DNA from: Priapulus caudatus
Taxonomy: Eukaryota
Length of the DNA stretch: 64,000 bases
Reading direction: 5' to 3'
NCBI RefSeq assembly: GCF_000485595.1
Contig: NW_014577086.1
Coordinates: forward strand, 715,438 to 779,437
A program made the position numbers and the translations under genes. Under the pieces are notes generated by a model that worked only from the letters and a program-made list of their open reading frames with translations, did not search any database and was not told the DNA's origin. Position 1 is the stretch's first letter; each line of letters begins with the position of its first letter. This document shows positions 39,291 to 52,620 of the stretch, piece after piece.

Positions 39291-40865
39291 ACGTGTGTAA
39301 CGATGTGACGTGCCGTGACTAAAGGTGTAAGCTCGCGGGTACACGCCGCCGTGTAATTAAGAACAGCTCGGACGGCCATCTAATCATTGTGATGCCTGAT
39401 TAATCGTTAGGGTTCTGATATTGCTTGTCTTCTGGTCGCTACTGCTATTTTGCCAGCTGCGCGACACAGACGTAAATGATTACTTTGTCCTCTATATACC
39501 TGAGCTGCAGCTTTAGCTACAGGAAGCTTGCGTGGGTGTATCGCGTGTGCGAGAGTATCATTTTTATCGCACCTGCTAGGAGAAAAAATATAGTCACGTA
39601 TACATTGTCAGGGGCGATGCAATTTACACCGCAGATCGTGTTTCGTGACGGCAAATACGTGTCTGACCTGCTGAGCGAATACATTCATCATTATTATATA
39701 CACGCGAATAAATATTCGCCTCGAAATATTTGAAATTTCAGCGAAATAAACGCAATCAAGGTATACCTGAATGCGATATAAGAATCGTGCGCGCGGGGCG
39801 AGGGCACATATCACGCATCTGTTGTTCCCGCTAGTACACTTCCGCTAAATTAAACTAAATATGTCACGTCTAAATATGTCACGTTCATTGATATGTGTCA
39901 TTGCGATTTACGTATGTTCACATGAAGAACACGGCAGGTGGCGTCGCGCGGCCTGTCGGTCGCACCTAAGGCAGGACGACGTGTTTATAGAATATACGCG
40001 TATTCACGCACTCATGCACGCACACACGAACGCAAGCGGGCAGACACGTGTGAATATGGAGGTTTATCATCGCGGTGTTATATACGTGACGTCATGAACA
40101 GGCTCCTAGCTGTGATCAGATCGTTGTCAACAACTAATGCAATCGCTGAACACTCGTAAAACTACTTCCTGGTCGATCAACGGAAGGAAGGCAAAAAATC
40201 AAGCGAAAAAAAGCTTCTTCTGACATTTACTTTGATGACATTCTGACGATTGAATCCTGGTTTCGTCGACCTTTTGTCAAACCATGTATTTACATTCTGA
40301 CGTGACGTTCTGACTTGTGTTTTGGAAGGTGAGTTGTTTTCTCAATCTGTCACATTGCTTTCAATAGAGCATGAAATTTCCGTTGCAGATAATTGCAGGT
40401 GCGCTTGTCTAAATATTTTCCGTTAATTGTTCTCATCGCACGATATTTAAACGAAACCCTAGAGTGATATTTGCCAGTTTATTGCGACCTGCCATCAGAA
40501 CCCATCATGCGCGCCGTACGCACACATTTTAAAGCACTTACTCACCGCGCTTGTGTTATTCCACAACGCCCAGTTTGCTTATATTGAAAATGAGTGTTTA
40601 CCTCGTGGTGAGACTGGCGAGGCAATGTTGCCGATGATATACATACTTAGGTAAAGGGTGAAATTGTAGCATAGAAAGTGGCGACGTGGGCATATATGCA
40701 AGAAAACAATAGGGGTGGGGAGGCTGGCATCCTTTCTTTTTATTTCCGTAATGAAATTATATTGGGGAAAATTGCGGAGGCAGGAAACCGGTTTGTATAT
40801 AGGCACAGGATAATGATGGTGACAGGAAATGCGAAGGGAAGTACAGGGGTGTGCTGCGGTGGATC

Positions 40866-40959
40866 AGGCGGCGTGAGGGAGTGTCAGATGGTGACAGGCG
40901 GCGTGAAGGAGTGTCAGATGGTGACAGGCGGCGTGAGGGAGTGTCAGATGGTGACAGGC
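40866..40959. repeat. 30-bp tandem repeat, 3 copies
   Basis: GGCGGCGTGAGGGAGTGTCAGATGGTGACA. Confidence 0.95.
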
Positions 40960-41102
40960 AGAAGCTGTCGTTGGGTTTAGAGAGCAGAAACTGGATGCGC
41001 GCAATATTCCGTGGAGGTGTACTGGCAGAGTAAAGATTACGTTTACTCTAACATTATTTCCGATGTTTATCAATTAGTACTCCCCGACCAGATGCATAAA
41101 TT

Positions 41103-41160
41103 GATGGATGGTCGGGTGGACGGACGGATGGATAGAAGACTAGATAGATAGATAGAGGAC

Positions 41161-41191
<31 letters not shown>

Positions 41192-41755
41192 NNNNNNNNN
41201 NAGAGAGAATCCATCATCCATGACATCGCATTAATCCATCCATCCATGCATCCATCCATCCATCCATCCATCCATCCATATCATTCATCCATCATCCATC
41301 GCATCATCATCCATCCATCCATCATCGGTCACCATCCATCTCATCCATCCTACCATCATCCATCCTTCCATCCATCCATCCATCCAATCCATGCCATCCA
41401 TCCATCATCCATCCATCATCCATACATCCATCATACCTCGCATCCATCCATCCATCCATCCCATCCATCATCCATACCATCCACATCCATCCATCCATCC
41501 ATCCATCCATCCATACCATCCATCCATCCATGGCCATGCCATCCATCCATCCATCCAGTCATCATCCATCCATCACATCCATCCATGGCCATCCATCCAT
41601 CCATCCATCCATACGCATCCATCCATTACCATCCATCCATCATCCATCCATCCATCCATCCACTCCATCCATCATCCATCATGGCCATCTATTCCTATGA
41701 GTGTGTGTCGTGTAGTCGTGTCGTCGTGTGTGTGTGTCGTGTGTGTGTGTGTCGT

Positions 41756-41851
<96 letters not shown>
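41103..41851. repeat. Compound microsatellite (GATA)/(CATC)/(GT) around N gap 41192-41201
   Basis: Direct reading. Confidence 0.95.
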
Positions 41852-41852
<1 letters not shown>

Positions 41853-43337
41853 TGATAGGTGCTCTGCTATAACATGACCTAGGTGACGATAAGCTGGAAT
41901 CCGAGCTTACTCGCGTCATGGTGCTGCTGCTACTTAAAAATAATGACAAAGATGGCGTTATCATATAAAGAGCTCCTAAACTGTTTATAAACGTTTTAAG
42001 TAAAACTCTTTCAGCATAATTTATGCGTTCTTGATCATATCCATACGGCAGACCTCGGTCGATTCCGTGCCTAGCCAGTTTAATCGATCTTGCGCATTCC
42101 GATCGTAACTCCCAGCATTCCGATATTCATTTGACTTTTTACGCGACAGGCGTGGCATCCGATATTGACAGACACAGAGGCTAATATCCCTTACAGTATG
42201 GTGGCGAAGTTAGCTCGCCATAGATGAGGTGCCGAATATTATTTCCACGATGAATTCCTTAATTTTTACATAAGACCAATCTAACCGTTTGCGCTTTCTA
42301 GCCGTCTATAAAGAAACTAATATTAACAATGCAAAATAATTCACTCTGAAACACTGTCGTATCACAAAAAAACAAAAACTGTTTTTATAACGCAAAGTAG
42401 TGTAACAACTGGCGAAATGCTGATCATGAATGCCACCTAAAAAGCGTTATATCTTTATCGTAAATTAACATGAGAATCTTGCGGCACCTATATACGTACC
42501 AAGAACAAATTGTTCTGGCAATCAAAAATACTAAAGTAGGAATTTACAGTAATAGTTTCTTATACGTAATTGAGCCAATCACAAGCAAAGTAATGAAAGA
42601 GAATTCGTCAGCGGTTTGACTAACGGTATAAACTGTGCTATTCAGAACGAGGTGTGGAAATTCAATCTAGCTGTAGCAAACATGGCGAAAGGTGGGCTAT
42701 GATATTTGACAATCGCTATAATGCCACCTGATGGCACAAAAGCACAAACAATGCAATTTCAGTCGTTATTAACGTGATATAGGGGTCAGTGAATATAATT
42801 GTGCACTGCGCGTTTAGACACTAGTATAATCATCATTATGTTCATGGTACTGTATTAATGGATAACGTGTATGTATAATAATTGCGAGACACCTACAGTA
42901 ATACCTTTCCCTCGTTATTAAATGGCGAGGTCATCTACCTAATGTCTGATGGCGGTACAGTCCACAGTCTAAACCTATGCATTATTACATACGACTCTCT
43001 CTATTAACGACTAGTAAAACATATTGTAATGAACCTAAAATTGATATTTATACCTTTACCTTAGTAGGAATTTCGGCCAAAATCACGAGAGTAAAAAATC
43101 GCAATCCCCAAAATATTTTTGCAACTGGGCGGTCCGTAAATATCTCAGAAATTGTGAATGTACCACCAAAATAAAGGTTTAATCGGGAGCGTGAAATAAG
43201 ACACAATAGGGCAGAGATGATATGGGCTTTATTGCAATTTTGTGTCGGCAATAAAGATCTCTGTCATCACATCATCACTCCTCGTCACCGATAGATGGCG
43301 CGCCGCTACCTGATATCGGAGGCGGCGAATGTATTAC

Positions 43338-43373
43338 CATAGAAGTGAAGAGAGTTCTCTCTTCACTTCTATG
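43338..43373. mobile_element. 36-bp palindromic mini-element
   Basis: CATAGAAGTGAAGAGA / TCTCTTCACTTCTATG. Flanks TGTATTAC and TGTTTTAC match at 7 of 8 positions. Confidence 0.75.
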
Positions 43374-43947
43374 TGTTTTACGTTAATTTGCTAATGGATG
43401 GATATGTGGCGACCTGTGAGTGTCTCAAGGCACTAATTCAAAAAGACATGCCTAACATGCATAACTGTTTATATACTGATGAAAATGTTAGGGTCAAGAT
43501 TTCCGTCATGCAGATAGTAGTTATAGGGCTGCATGGCTTCGAGTACAGTTCACACCAATATATATATGCCAGAATACTCTATATGCATGTGTGAATTCTA
43601 ATAGTCACCCATAGTCAGGTATTGTTGAGATAATGTCATCAAACCCACTTGTTAATATAAGAAATTCTGAAATTATTAGTTTAACACATGAGTCTACATT
43701 AACATAATAGCAAGCATGCTATAAATAAAATTAAAATGTTAGAATATACAAGTATATATTATATAGAGCCTACAATAAATACTCGAGTAAACTGTTCGCT
43801 ACGATGCGAATAAACTGTCCGTAATTTTATAGCAAAACATAATGGAATATCGTACAATGGTCTGACGAATGGCCAGAATTTTACTTAGAGACATATTATA
43901 CATTATCTTTATTAGTTCCTAAATTATTATCTTTTGTATTATCATCA

Positions 43948-43996
<49 letters not shown>

Positions 43997-44548
43997 CTAC
44001 ATTGTGTTCGAAATGGTTACTGAAAACGACACACACGCAAAGTAGATAAGAGCACGTTTAGCATTATATGTGTATGGGCTAGGGTTATTAGTAAGGCGGA
44101 TAAGCACACGGATTGTGCACTTTTGGAGTTTTGGTTAGAATTATGACTGCACACGTGTACTACATGAAGTCACCAAGATTTTCTGATATAACGGAAATTT
44201 AACAGCGCCACCTGGTGGCGTACAGCTTTTCATGACGATTTAACAGGTATTGCGGTCCTACCACTCTTCGGGTTTTGACTTAAGATTTGATTTAATTAAT
44301 TATCCAAAAAAAAAAAAAAATCAAATTTAGTTAGAAATACCTCAAATGATTTAATTTGCGTGTATCTATAATAAGACTATAGCAGTAATTTATTGAGTGT
44401 TATATTTACTGTTTCCTCCGTATTTTTGAGTGTGCGTGTGGATGTGCGTGTGTGTATGCGTGTATGCATTTGTAGCATATGCGTGTGGGTTGGTGGAAGA
44501 GGCAGTATAGAAGAAAAGAAGAGATATCTTTTTCTAGCGCAGAGTAAC

Positions 44549-44961
44549 CAGGGCCGTAGGCTGAGCAAATTCCTAGTGGGGGAGGGGCAAATTTCACGAC
44601 TCAACTGTGTAATGATGAGCGCCGACCGCAGCTCTTGATCGACGCCCATAGTGTTGTAGAGGGGGGGGGGGTCTGAGACAAGGCTTTCACGGATAAGTGA
44701 CCAAAAAATCACGTTAGGGTTATTTACGATTATTAGATAAGCTTATTTTTTACTTGTGCTCCAAAATCTAGGGGGCAGCTCCCCCCCCCCCCGAAGCTAC
44801 GGCCCTGGTCATAGTGTTGTAGAGGGGGGGGGGGTCTGAGACAAGGCTTTCACGGATAAGTGACCAAAAAATCACGTTAGGGTTATTTACGATTATTAGA
44901 TAAGCTTATTTTTTAATTGTGCTCCAAAAGCAGCTGCCCCCCCCCAGAGGCTACGGCCCTG
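44549..44961. mobile_element. CAGGGCCGTAG-family MITE with a duplicated 3' half
   Basis: TSD GTAAC at 44544-44548 and 44962-44966. Right TIRs end at 44807 and 44961. Confidence 0.88.
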
Positions 44962-45179
44962 GTAACAGTTTGGATAATGAATCTAGCTAGGTAATGCACA
45001 ACGCATATCAATTTTCATGTTCAAATACATGCTGCATTGTAATTCCAAAATACTAGCCTAGCTAGACGTTACTAGCCGATAAGAGCTAGCAGTAAACTTT
45101 AATTGAAAGCAATTACCACCTTTGACCAGAATTCGGGAAAGGCGAACGTGTACGTAGGGCATGTTCGTCTTCAACAGAG

Positions 45180-45331
45180 ACTCTCAGATCTTCCGCTTTA
45201 TCTCTCGCCCTTTCTCTCTCCCTCTCTCTCTCGCCCTTTCTCTCTCCCTCTCCCGCTTCTCTCCCCTATCTCTCTCGCTCTTTCTATTTCTCTTTCTCAT
45301 TCTCTTCCACTCGCTTCCCCCTCTCTCTCTT

Positions 45332-45371
<40 letters not shown>

Positions 45372-45595
45372 ATTTCTCTCTCTCTCTCTCGCTCTTGCTC
45401 TCGCTCTCTCTCACTCTCTGCCTTATCTTTCTCCAAATCTCTATATCTCTTCCTACCTCCCTTTCTCTGCCGATAGTCTTTCTTGCTGGTGGTCTCTCTC
45501 CTTTCCACACACACATGCACGACGCACGCACGAACACACGCGCACACACACACACACACACACACACAGACAGACACACACACACACACACACTC
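45180..45595. repeat. (CT)n and (CA)n tracts
   Basis: Direct reading. Confidence 0.9.
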
Positions 45596-46080
45596 GCCTC
45601 TTTCGCTTTCTCTCTGCATGTGCTCCTCATATAACTCCTAGCTTTCTCCATCTTGTATCTAACTTTCCACAGCTATAATTTGTTTCTCATTCCTTTGTTA
45701 GAGTGTGGCCACAATTGTCATGGCCAGTCCCATATAACCTTACATTATAGATTACATGGAGTCCCTAAATTTGCAGAGGCAAAATCGAGTTCGATCGAAG
45801 AGGTCGTTTCGTGGTCACGCACTGACAGATGCCGTCAAGACGCATTCACGAGCCGTGTTTACATTTATTCAGACTGTATATTTTAATAGGGTCCAGGCCT
45901 CCAAAATCAAATTGGTAATCATAATAAATTTCTGCTACGTCTAACTAGATGGACAAAAAACATTGCACAAACAATCCGAAGATTCGTAGCACATCATCTC
46001 TGTGAAAGGTTGAGAAATTTATCTCGATTCTGATCAGAGTAGAGAAACTACGTCAATTTTCTAAAAACAAGTCGCTAATT

Positions 46081-46429
46081 GAGGGGGGGATAAGGGGGGT
46101 ACTGTTCACAGTTCACAGTGAAAATAAACTGCTTTTCACATTTCACAGTGAAAATAATGCTCTTTTCACAGATCACGGGAATAATCCAGTTTACAGCTAA
46201 AATTTCAGACACATAAGATAAGGTCCTAGAAGTACTTAAACGAGGAAAGAGGTTTACGAAGAGTCAAGAAGATTCAAGAAGATTCAAGAAGATTCAAGAA
46301 GATTCAAGAAGATTCACGAGGAAAGAGACCTCTTATTCACAGTTCACAGACAAAATACATTGCAATTCACAGTTCACGAGGTATAAAAACGGCCGATCAC
46401 GTTTCACGAAAATACCCTTACCCACCCTC
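46081..46429. mobile_element. MITE with a 6-bp TSD, superfamily unassigned
   Basis: Ends GAGGGGGGGATAAGGGGGGTA and TACCCTTACCCACCCTC. CTAATT at 46075-46080 and 46430-46435. Internal TTCACAG motifs and a TCAAGAAGAT tandem run. Confidence 0.75.
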
Positions 46430-47313
46430 CTAATTGGCTTGTTAGGAAAGGCTAGAAAAGAAGGAATAACATACCGGTACAGTTGTTCGATCATCTGCAC
46501 GGATAGTATTGCTTTTCTTTTAGGTGTAAGATCTAGTGACGAGTTCTCATGAAATCACAACGAAAACATTACAAAACAACTCAACAGAATTTTTTAGCCC
46601 GTATGTAGCATCCCTCATCCCACACCTGTATTCATTACTTACACATACTACACTGCATTGCCTACTGCATCACTTACTACGATACCTACCTCTATTATAT
46701 CTGTCGTTGCTTATAGACATCTGACTCATTTAATTCAATTGCGTGTACATGATTTAAGCCTGAACAAACAGCAATTCAAATGCGGAGCAACGTATATTGT
46801 CTGCGCATTTTCATCACACCATGCCTGAAATGGGAACGTTGTATTCTCAGCACGAATTTCTGAACTTTTCCATTGCACGCAATGTCACGGAGACTAACAC
46901 CTAGTCGTCTGGGTGATCCAACGTGAATCAACTGCCTACACATCGACAACGATTCAATCTAGTGCTAAATCGGGCGTGCATATGTTAAAGCTATAAGCTG
47001 TCGCCTGGCAAGATTTTTGACACTCGAAACAAGTTCAATCAAGCAAATAATTGAGAACGAGTGAATATATTACTATTTCTGAAAAAAAACACCAACTAAA
47101 TAAAGTGCGTGCATAGAGCTGGCCTAGTTCTGTGATGATAACATGTTCTTACAACAACGTTACAGTGCGTAAACGTGCAATAGAAAATAATTCCATGCAT
47201 CTGTAAATCGGCAGTTCTTTCATAAATCGTCCGTATTGACGAATATGTTCTGTAACGCGGCACGGCGGACATTTCGAGCTTCGCATGTTTACCGTTTTCG
47301 CTCATGCATGCAG

Positions 47314-47424
47314 GTGACTGTGCTCTCGATCATCACCTGTGCACAAACGGCACCTGCCTACCGCCGACCTCAATCTGCAACCACAAGGAAGATTGCCCTG
47401 ACGGTACAGATGAAAACGAGTGCG
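47314..47424 (+). CDS. Internal coding exon: LDL-receptor class A (LDLa) repeat
   Basis: Acceptor ...TGCATGCAG and donor G|GTAAGT; 111 nt, phase 1-1. Reads xDCALDHHLCTNGTCLPPTSICNHKEDCPDGTDENEC, with six Cys and the DCxDGxDE motif. Confidence 0.92.
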
Positions 47425-48999
47425 GTAAGTAGTATGCGAAATTTGTTAAATTTGCAGTCTTTATTTCTATACCGGAATGAATAAATGCCAGTGCTATCAA
47501 CGCAAATAACACTTATTTCGCGAACAATAGAACTCTGTAACTATACGATGTCGAATCTGTCTCTCCAAGACATGTGCCGTTGGCTCGCTTGTACCTATGT
47601 ACTTTCGGACCATTCCAATAGTGAGTGAATGTACAGTGACACCGACTACATATACGCTCTAAACTGCCAGTCTGGCCAGCAGACAAAGACATGTAAATCG
47701 GAATCACAAATTCACCAATAGCGAGGACTTGCAAGTACCGACTAAGTACACGTGCTGTCGGCGAAAAAGGGTGCACGTTACGTCTACTAGAAATATACTA
47801 CCTGTCTGGTTCTCTGTCTATACGACCATTATCATTCACCGCAAATCATGCATTAAGAATGAGGCTACATAAATGCCGCGCGAAAAGCGAAATGCCCCAC
47901 TTCCTTGGCTATGAGTTCTCTCAGCGATTTCATGGGGGAAATAATTTCTTTGTCATTGGAAAGTTCGCCTAATTACACTCCGTGTTCGTTTTAGTGCATG
48001 CTTTCCATCCCGTGCGTTATTTATATGTTCCATCCATGTGTCTTCTAGTTTAGTATTTTTCCATGTGTAGTATCGCGTGTATGTTCCACTGGGCATATTA
48101 TCTATTCAATGCATGCCTTGTTTCTTGGATATTTTAACCCTACTATGTGCTAATATGCGCGCGTTTCACTAGATATATGTAGTTGGTTTGCTTGTTTCGT
48201 CCGGTCATGATCGGTGCCACTCACATGTGTATGTTGTATATTGGTATTTGTGCAGTCCCATGTTTCACTTCGCCTTATATGTTTTGCCCTACGTATGTCG
48301 TAATTTAGCGTTTGATCCGGTGTACAGTCCTTGCTGGATTTATTTTTCGTATATTTCATTACGTCCATGTTCTACCCTAAGAATGTTTCACCCGTCGTGT
48401 ACGTTTCATCACTGTATGTTCCATACACTACAGGCTATACGCCGTGTATCCACCATCTCGTGTGTATCACTTCCTCGAGTGTTATCACCTCTCGGTGATT
48501 ATTCCGGTGATCATTTCACTCGGCGTGTCTTCCACTCTGTATATGTCCCATGCACCTCATGTATGTTCTACGTCGGGTATCTTACACCACGTTAGTGCTT
48601 CAACGCGGCCCTCCCTGCGAATGTTCCATCGATGGTGACTATTATATTTTAGTACAATAATAAAATGGGACGATGTAATATGGTCAGATCACTAGTTTGC
48701 GTGTTTTTTCCCCGGTAGCTGTTATAGCTACAGCTAATATACGCCGGCCACCCGTTCCGAAGTAAAGGGGCTGATCCCCGATAGAATCTGTCGGGAGGGT
48801 TATATTCTGGGACATTGCGGGTCCTCACCCCCACACACCGCCGGAAAAGTTACCATCCCTACTCCAACCCCCGTAGAGGACAGTAGCTCCTATGTGCTGC
48901 ATGCCAGCGTAGAATACTCGGACTCATTTCGGCGTTCTAATCAACTCGCCGTCTTCGACGTGTTTCGCTTGTGCTTGTCTACTACTGCATCATGTTTAT

Positions 49000-49037
49000 C
49001 AAGAGTGGATAATAGAGATCTCTATTATCCACTCTTG
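49000..49037. mobile_element. 38-bp perfect palindromic mini-element
   Basis: CAAGAGTGGATAATAGAGA|TCTCTATTATCCACTCTTG with a perfect 8-bp flank ATGTTTAT on both sides. Confidence 0.85.
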
Positions 49038-49535
49038 ATGTTTATGCATCACGCCATAGTCGGTTATTGGTGTTGGAAGAACGAATCTTGAAGCGCGATC
49101 CGTAGAAAGAGACGCGCGAGACAGAGTAAATCCGTTGATAAACGCGGATCTGCGTTGATAGACCGGGAGATCGAAGCAAACGTTGGTATAAGATTGAGAC
49201 AGATTATTCATCAGCCGTTCCCGGCGACACCTGCCGGCGTAATATGCTGTAAACTTCGGAGTTGTCTTACGCACGCCACGCATACAATGAACAATAGGGA
49301 GAACAAAGACAATTAATAAATAAATAAAAAAATAAAAAATAAAAAAAAATTAGTAAAAATAATTATTTAATTAATATTAATTAAATCATATCATCACTGT
49401 AAACCGCGCACAAACCCGCGACTCACACCGGCAGGGCGAGCGCGCGCGTAACTGGGGTTTTCCTCATTTTTTTGTTGAGGTTTCGAAGGGTTTTATTGAC
49501 TTTGTTTATTTTATATTCTCCCTCCCGCTTTGTCG

Positions 49536-49564
<29 letters not shown>

Positions 49565-49567
<3 letters not shown>

Positions 49568-49622
49568 GGGTTAATAATAGAATTTTTTCCAAATTTGACA
49601 AATTTGTTATTATTAACCCCTG
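49565..49622. mobile_element. 58-bp TIR mini-element within (AT)n
   Basis: CAGGGGTTAATAATA...TATTATTAACCCCTG, flanked by AT repeats. Confidence 0.75.
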
Positions 49623-50231
49623 ATATATATATATATATATATATAAGGTGGGATAATAAAGGTAGATGAAGGGTAATTAGGAAGTGATGGAGGCAGTAGA
49701 GAATCGGAAATGCTGGCATAGTAAAGGAATCGAGAGAGTAAATGAGTAAATAATAAAGGGGCGGCGGTAGACGAGGGAGGGAAGTAAATGCGGTGAAGGC
49801 AGAGGAGGGATCGACGGCTGCTCATAATAATAACCATGATGGACGATATCTCCCAATGGACGCATGCGCAAACTCTGCTACGTGGAATATCGAAACTAAA
49901 CGCCTTTCCGATGATCAGCCAAATATGCACATACGCATAATGAAATATTAACACTAGATCGCATCTGTTACGTGGTCGTGAAGCGAGTTTCAACCTATAG
50001 TTTTCTAATATGTTACAAACGCCGTTGTTTTGGGATGAGAGTGGATGTTAATTCTTTGCATTAACACACTAATCGCATTAGATCTCTTGTTTTTACCATA
50101 CACCTACACGGACGTCTCTTCTGTATAAGCTGATCAAATTAAACATTGATGACTCGCTTTTGAAGCCAGCACACATGTTAATCAAACGCGACAGTTCATT
50201 ACACTATGAAGTGTAATTTATGTTAAGTCTG

Positions 50232-50300
50232 TATATATATATATATATATATGTTGTGTGTGTGTGCTGTGTGTGGTGTGTGTGGTGTGTTTGTGTGTTT

Positions 50301-50331
<31 letters not shown>

Positions 50332-52513
50332 ATGTGTGTGAGTGTATGTGTGTGTGTGTGTGTGTGTGTTGTGTGTGTGTGTGCGCGTGCGTGGCGTGTG
50401 TGTGTGTGCGTGTGTGTGTGTGTGTTGTGGTGTGTGTGTGTGGTGTGTGTGTGTGCGTGGCGTGTGTGTGTGGTGTGTGGCGCGCCTGTTGTGTGCATGT
50501 GCGTGTGCGTGTGCGTGTGGGCGTGTGCGTGCGTGCGTGGTGGGTGCGGCGTGCGTGCGTGTGGTGTATGGTTTTGTGTGCGCGTGCGTGTCTGTGTGTG
50601 TGCTTGTGTGTTTGGCGTGCGTGCGTGCGTGCGTGTCGTGCGCGGTGCGCGTGTGCTTGCGTGGCGTGTCGTGCGGTGCGTGCGTGCGTGGCGTGGCGTG
50701 TGTGTGTGGTTGTGTGTGTGGTGCGTGTGTGAGTGCGCAGCGTGTGTGTGTGTGTGTGTGCGTGTGCGTGCGTGTGCGTGTGCGTGTGCGTGTGCGTGTG
50801 CGCGTGTGCGGCGTGCGTGCGTGCGTGGGCGTGCGTGTGTGTGTGGGTATCGCGTGCGTGTCTGTGTGTGCGTGTGCTTGCGTGTGTTGCGTGCGTGCGT
50901 GCGTGCGTGCGTGTGTGTGGTGTGTGTGTGTGTGTGTGTTGCGTGCTGTGTGGTGGGTGTGCGCGTGCGTGTGGTGTGTGTGTGGTGTGTGTGTGTGTGT
51001 GTGTGTGTGGTGTTGTGTTGCTGTAATGTGGGCTTTGGTGTGTGTGCGTGCCCGTGCTGTCAGTGGGGGGGGGGGGGGGGGGGGGGGTGGTGCGTGTGCT
51101 TGCGTGCGTGCGCGTGTTGTGTGCGTGTGTGTTTTTATGCGGCGTACATATCGACGAGCGAGATTTACCGAGCACAATAAAAGACAGTAGATGTAGAGCT
51201 AAAGGAAGAGCATGTAATATGCTGTAATATATAAATGTTCTTCTGCTTTGTTGTCCAGCGTAATCGTGAAACAACAGTTTTTCCTGGCTATCAATGCATA
51301 AGGGTGGAGGTAGGGGTCTAAGACTCCGCAATCTGCTCTTACATGCGCAGCTTCTGTAAGTGATAAACCGCGCTACTAGCAAGCTGTAGTGTCCATGGCC
51401 AGGTTTTTGTTAGTCGTTTCCTAGAAGCGCGTGCTCTCCATTATCTCCTGCCCACGGCTAAGCTTTTCTATGAGCATGAACGGGCGGGATAATATAGCGA
51501 AACAACTTGAGCGTTTTTCATTGTTGTTGTGCGCTAATATTTTGATTGAATATGAGTCCGGATTTCTATCCCGTATCGCTTTCCTTACACGTGCTGCGAT
51601 TGATCGTCCAGCACTTAATTACACGTCAAAATCCGCTTGCTACCTCTAACGTCTCGTCATTACGTCTGCAACCCTGCCCAACAGAACCCAATGTCTCATG
51701 TGTGTGCTGTGTGGTGGTGTGTGTGTGGTGTGTGTGATGTGTAGTGCGTGTGGCGTGTGCGTGTGCGGTGCGTGTGGCGTTGCGTGTGAGTGGCGTGCTG
51801 CATGAGTGTGCGTGCATGCATGTGTGTGTGGTGTGCGTGTGGTGTGTGTGTGTGGTGTGTGTGTGTGTGTGTGTGTGTGGTGTGCGCGCGCGTGTGCGTG
51901 TGCGTGTGCGTGTGCGTGTGCGTGTGCGTGTGCGTGTGCGTGTGCGTGTGCGTGTGCGTGTGCGTGTGCGTGTGCGTGCGTGTGCGCTCATGCATGAGTG
52001 CGTGCATGTGTGCGCGCGCGTGTGTGTATACTTAGGTGAGCGTGAATATGCGCGTGTGTGTACATGGGGGTGGAAGGGTGGGTGAAATAGAGTGTGTAAC
52101 TATATAGTAGCCCTGCGTTCAGCCATAATAAACTCAGCAGTCATTCGATTTTAATAGGCCTGCGCCACAAATTGCGGCCCCGTTTTGCTTACTCGCACCC
52201 TACTCGTATTTTACAAACATTCGCTAAAAAATGCAATCTCACAGCAGCACCATCTGTCATTGCCGCCAACAACCGTGCAGTGGGCTGCTGCTGAAACCTA
52301 ATGAATGCTGTCACCGATAGTGAAGAGTAGTCGGTTTCCCAAATTCGCACGCGAGTCTCGTAAACCTCGTTAATTAACGGTGATTGACTAGAAATTAATA
52401 GCCTCGTCCCCGCGGTTCCTCTAACCGAGTAAGGAACTCAACCGGGACGCTCACTGTGAATGTGTGCGTGTGCGTGTGCGCGTGCGCGTGCGTTCGTATG
52501 TGTTCGTTTGTGT

Positions 52514-52573
<60 letters not shown>

Positions 52574-52620
52574 GTATGTATGTGTGTGTGTGGGTGGGTG
52601 GGTGCATGCGCGCGTGCCTG
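50232..52620. repeat. Cluster of (GT)/(GCGT)/(GTGTGC) simple repeats, partly noisy
   Basis: Tracts at about 50232-51135, 51695-52060 and 52460-52620. Confidence 0.9.

Noticed and set aside
50204..52085. His/Thr- and Cys/Val-rich ORFs (metallothionein-like)
   Set aside because: These are (CA)/(GT) microsatellite translations.
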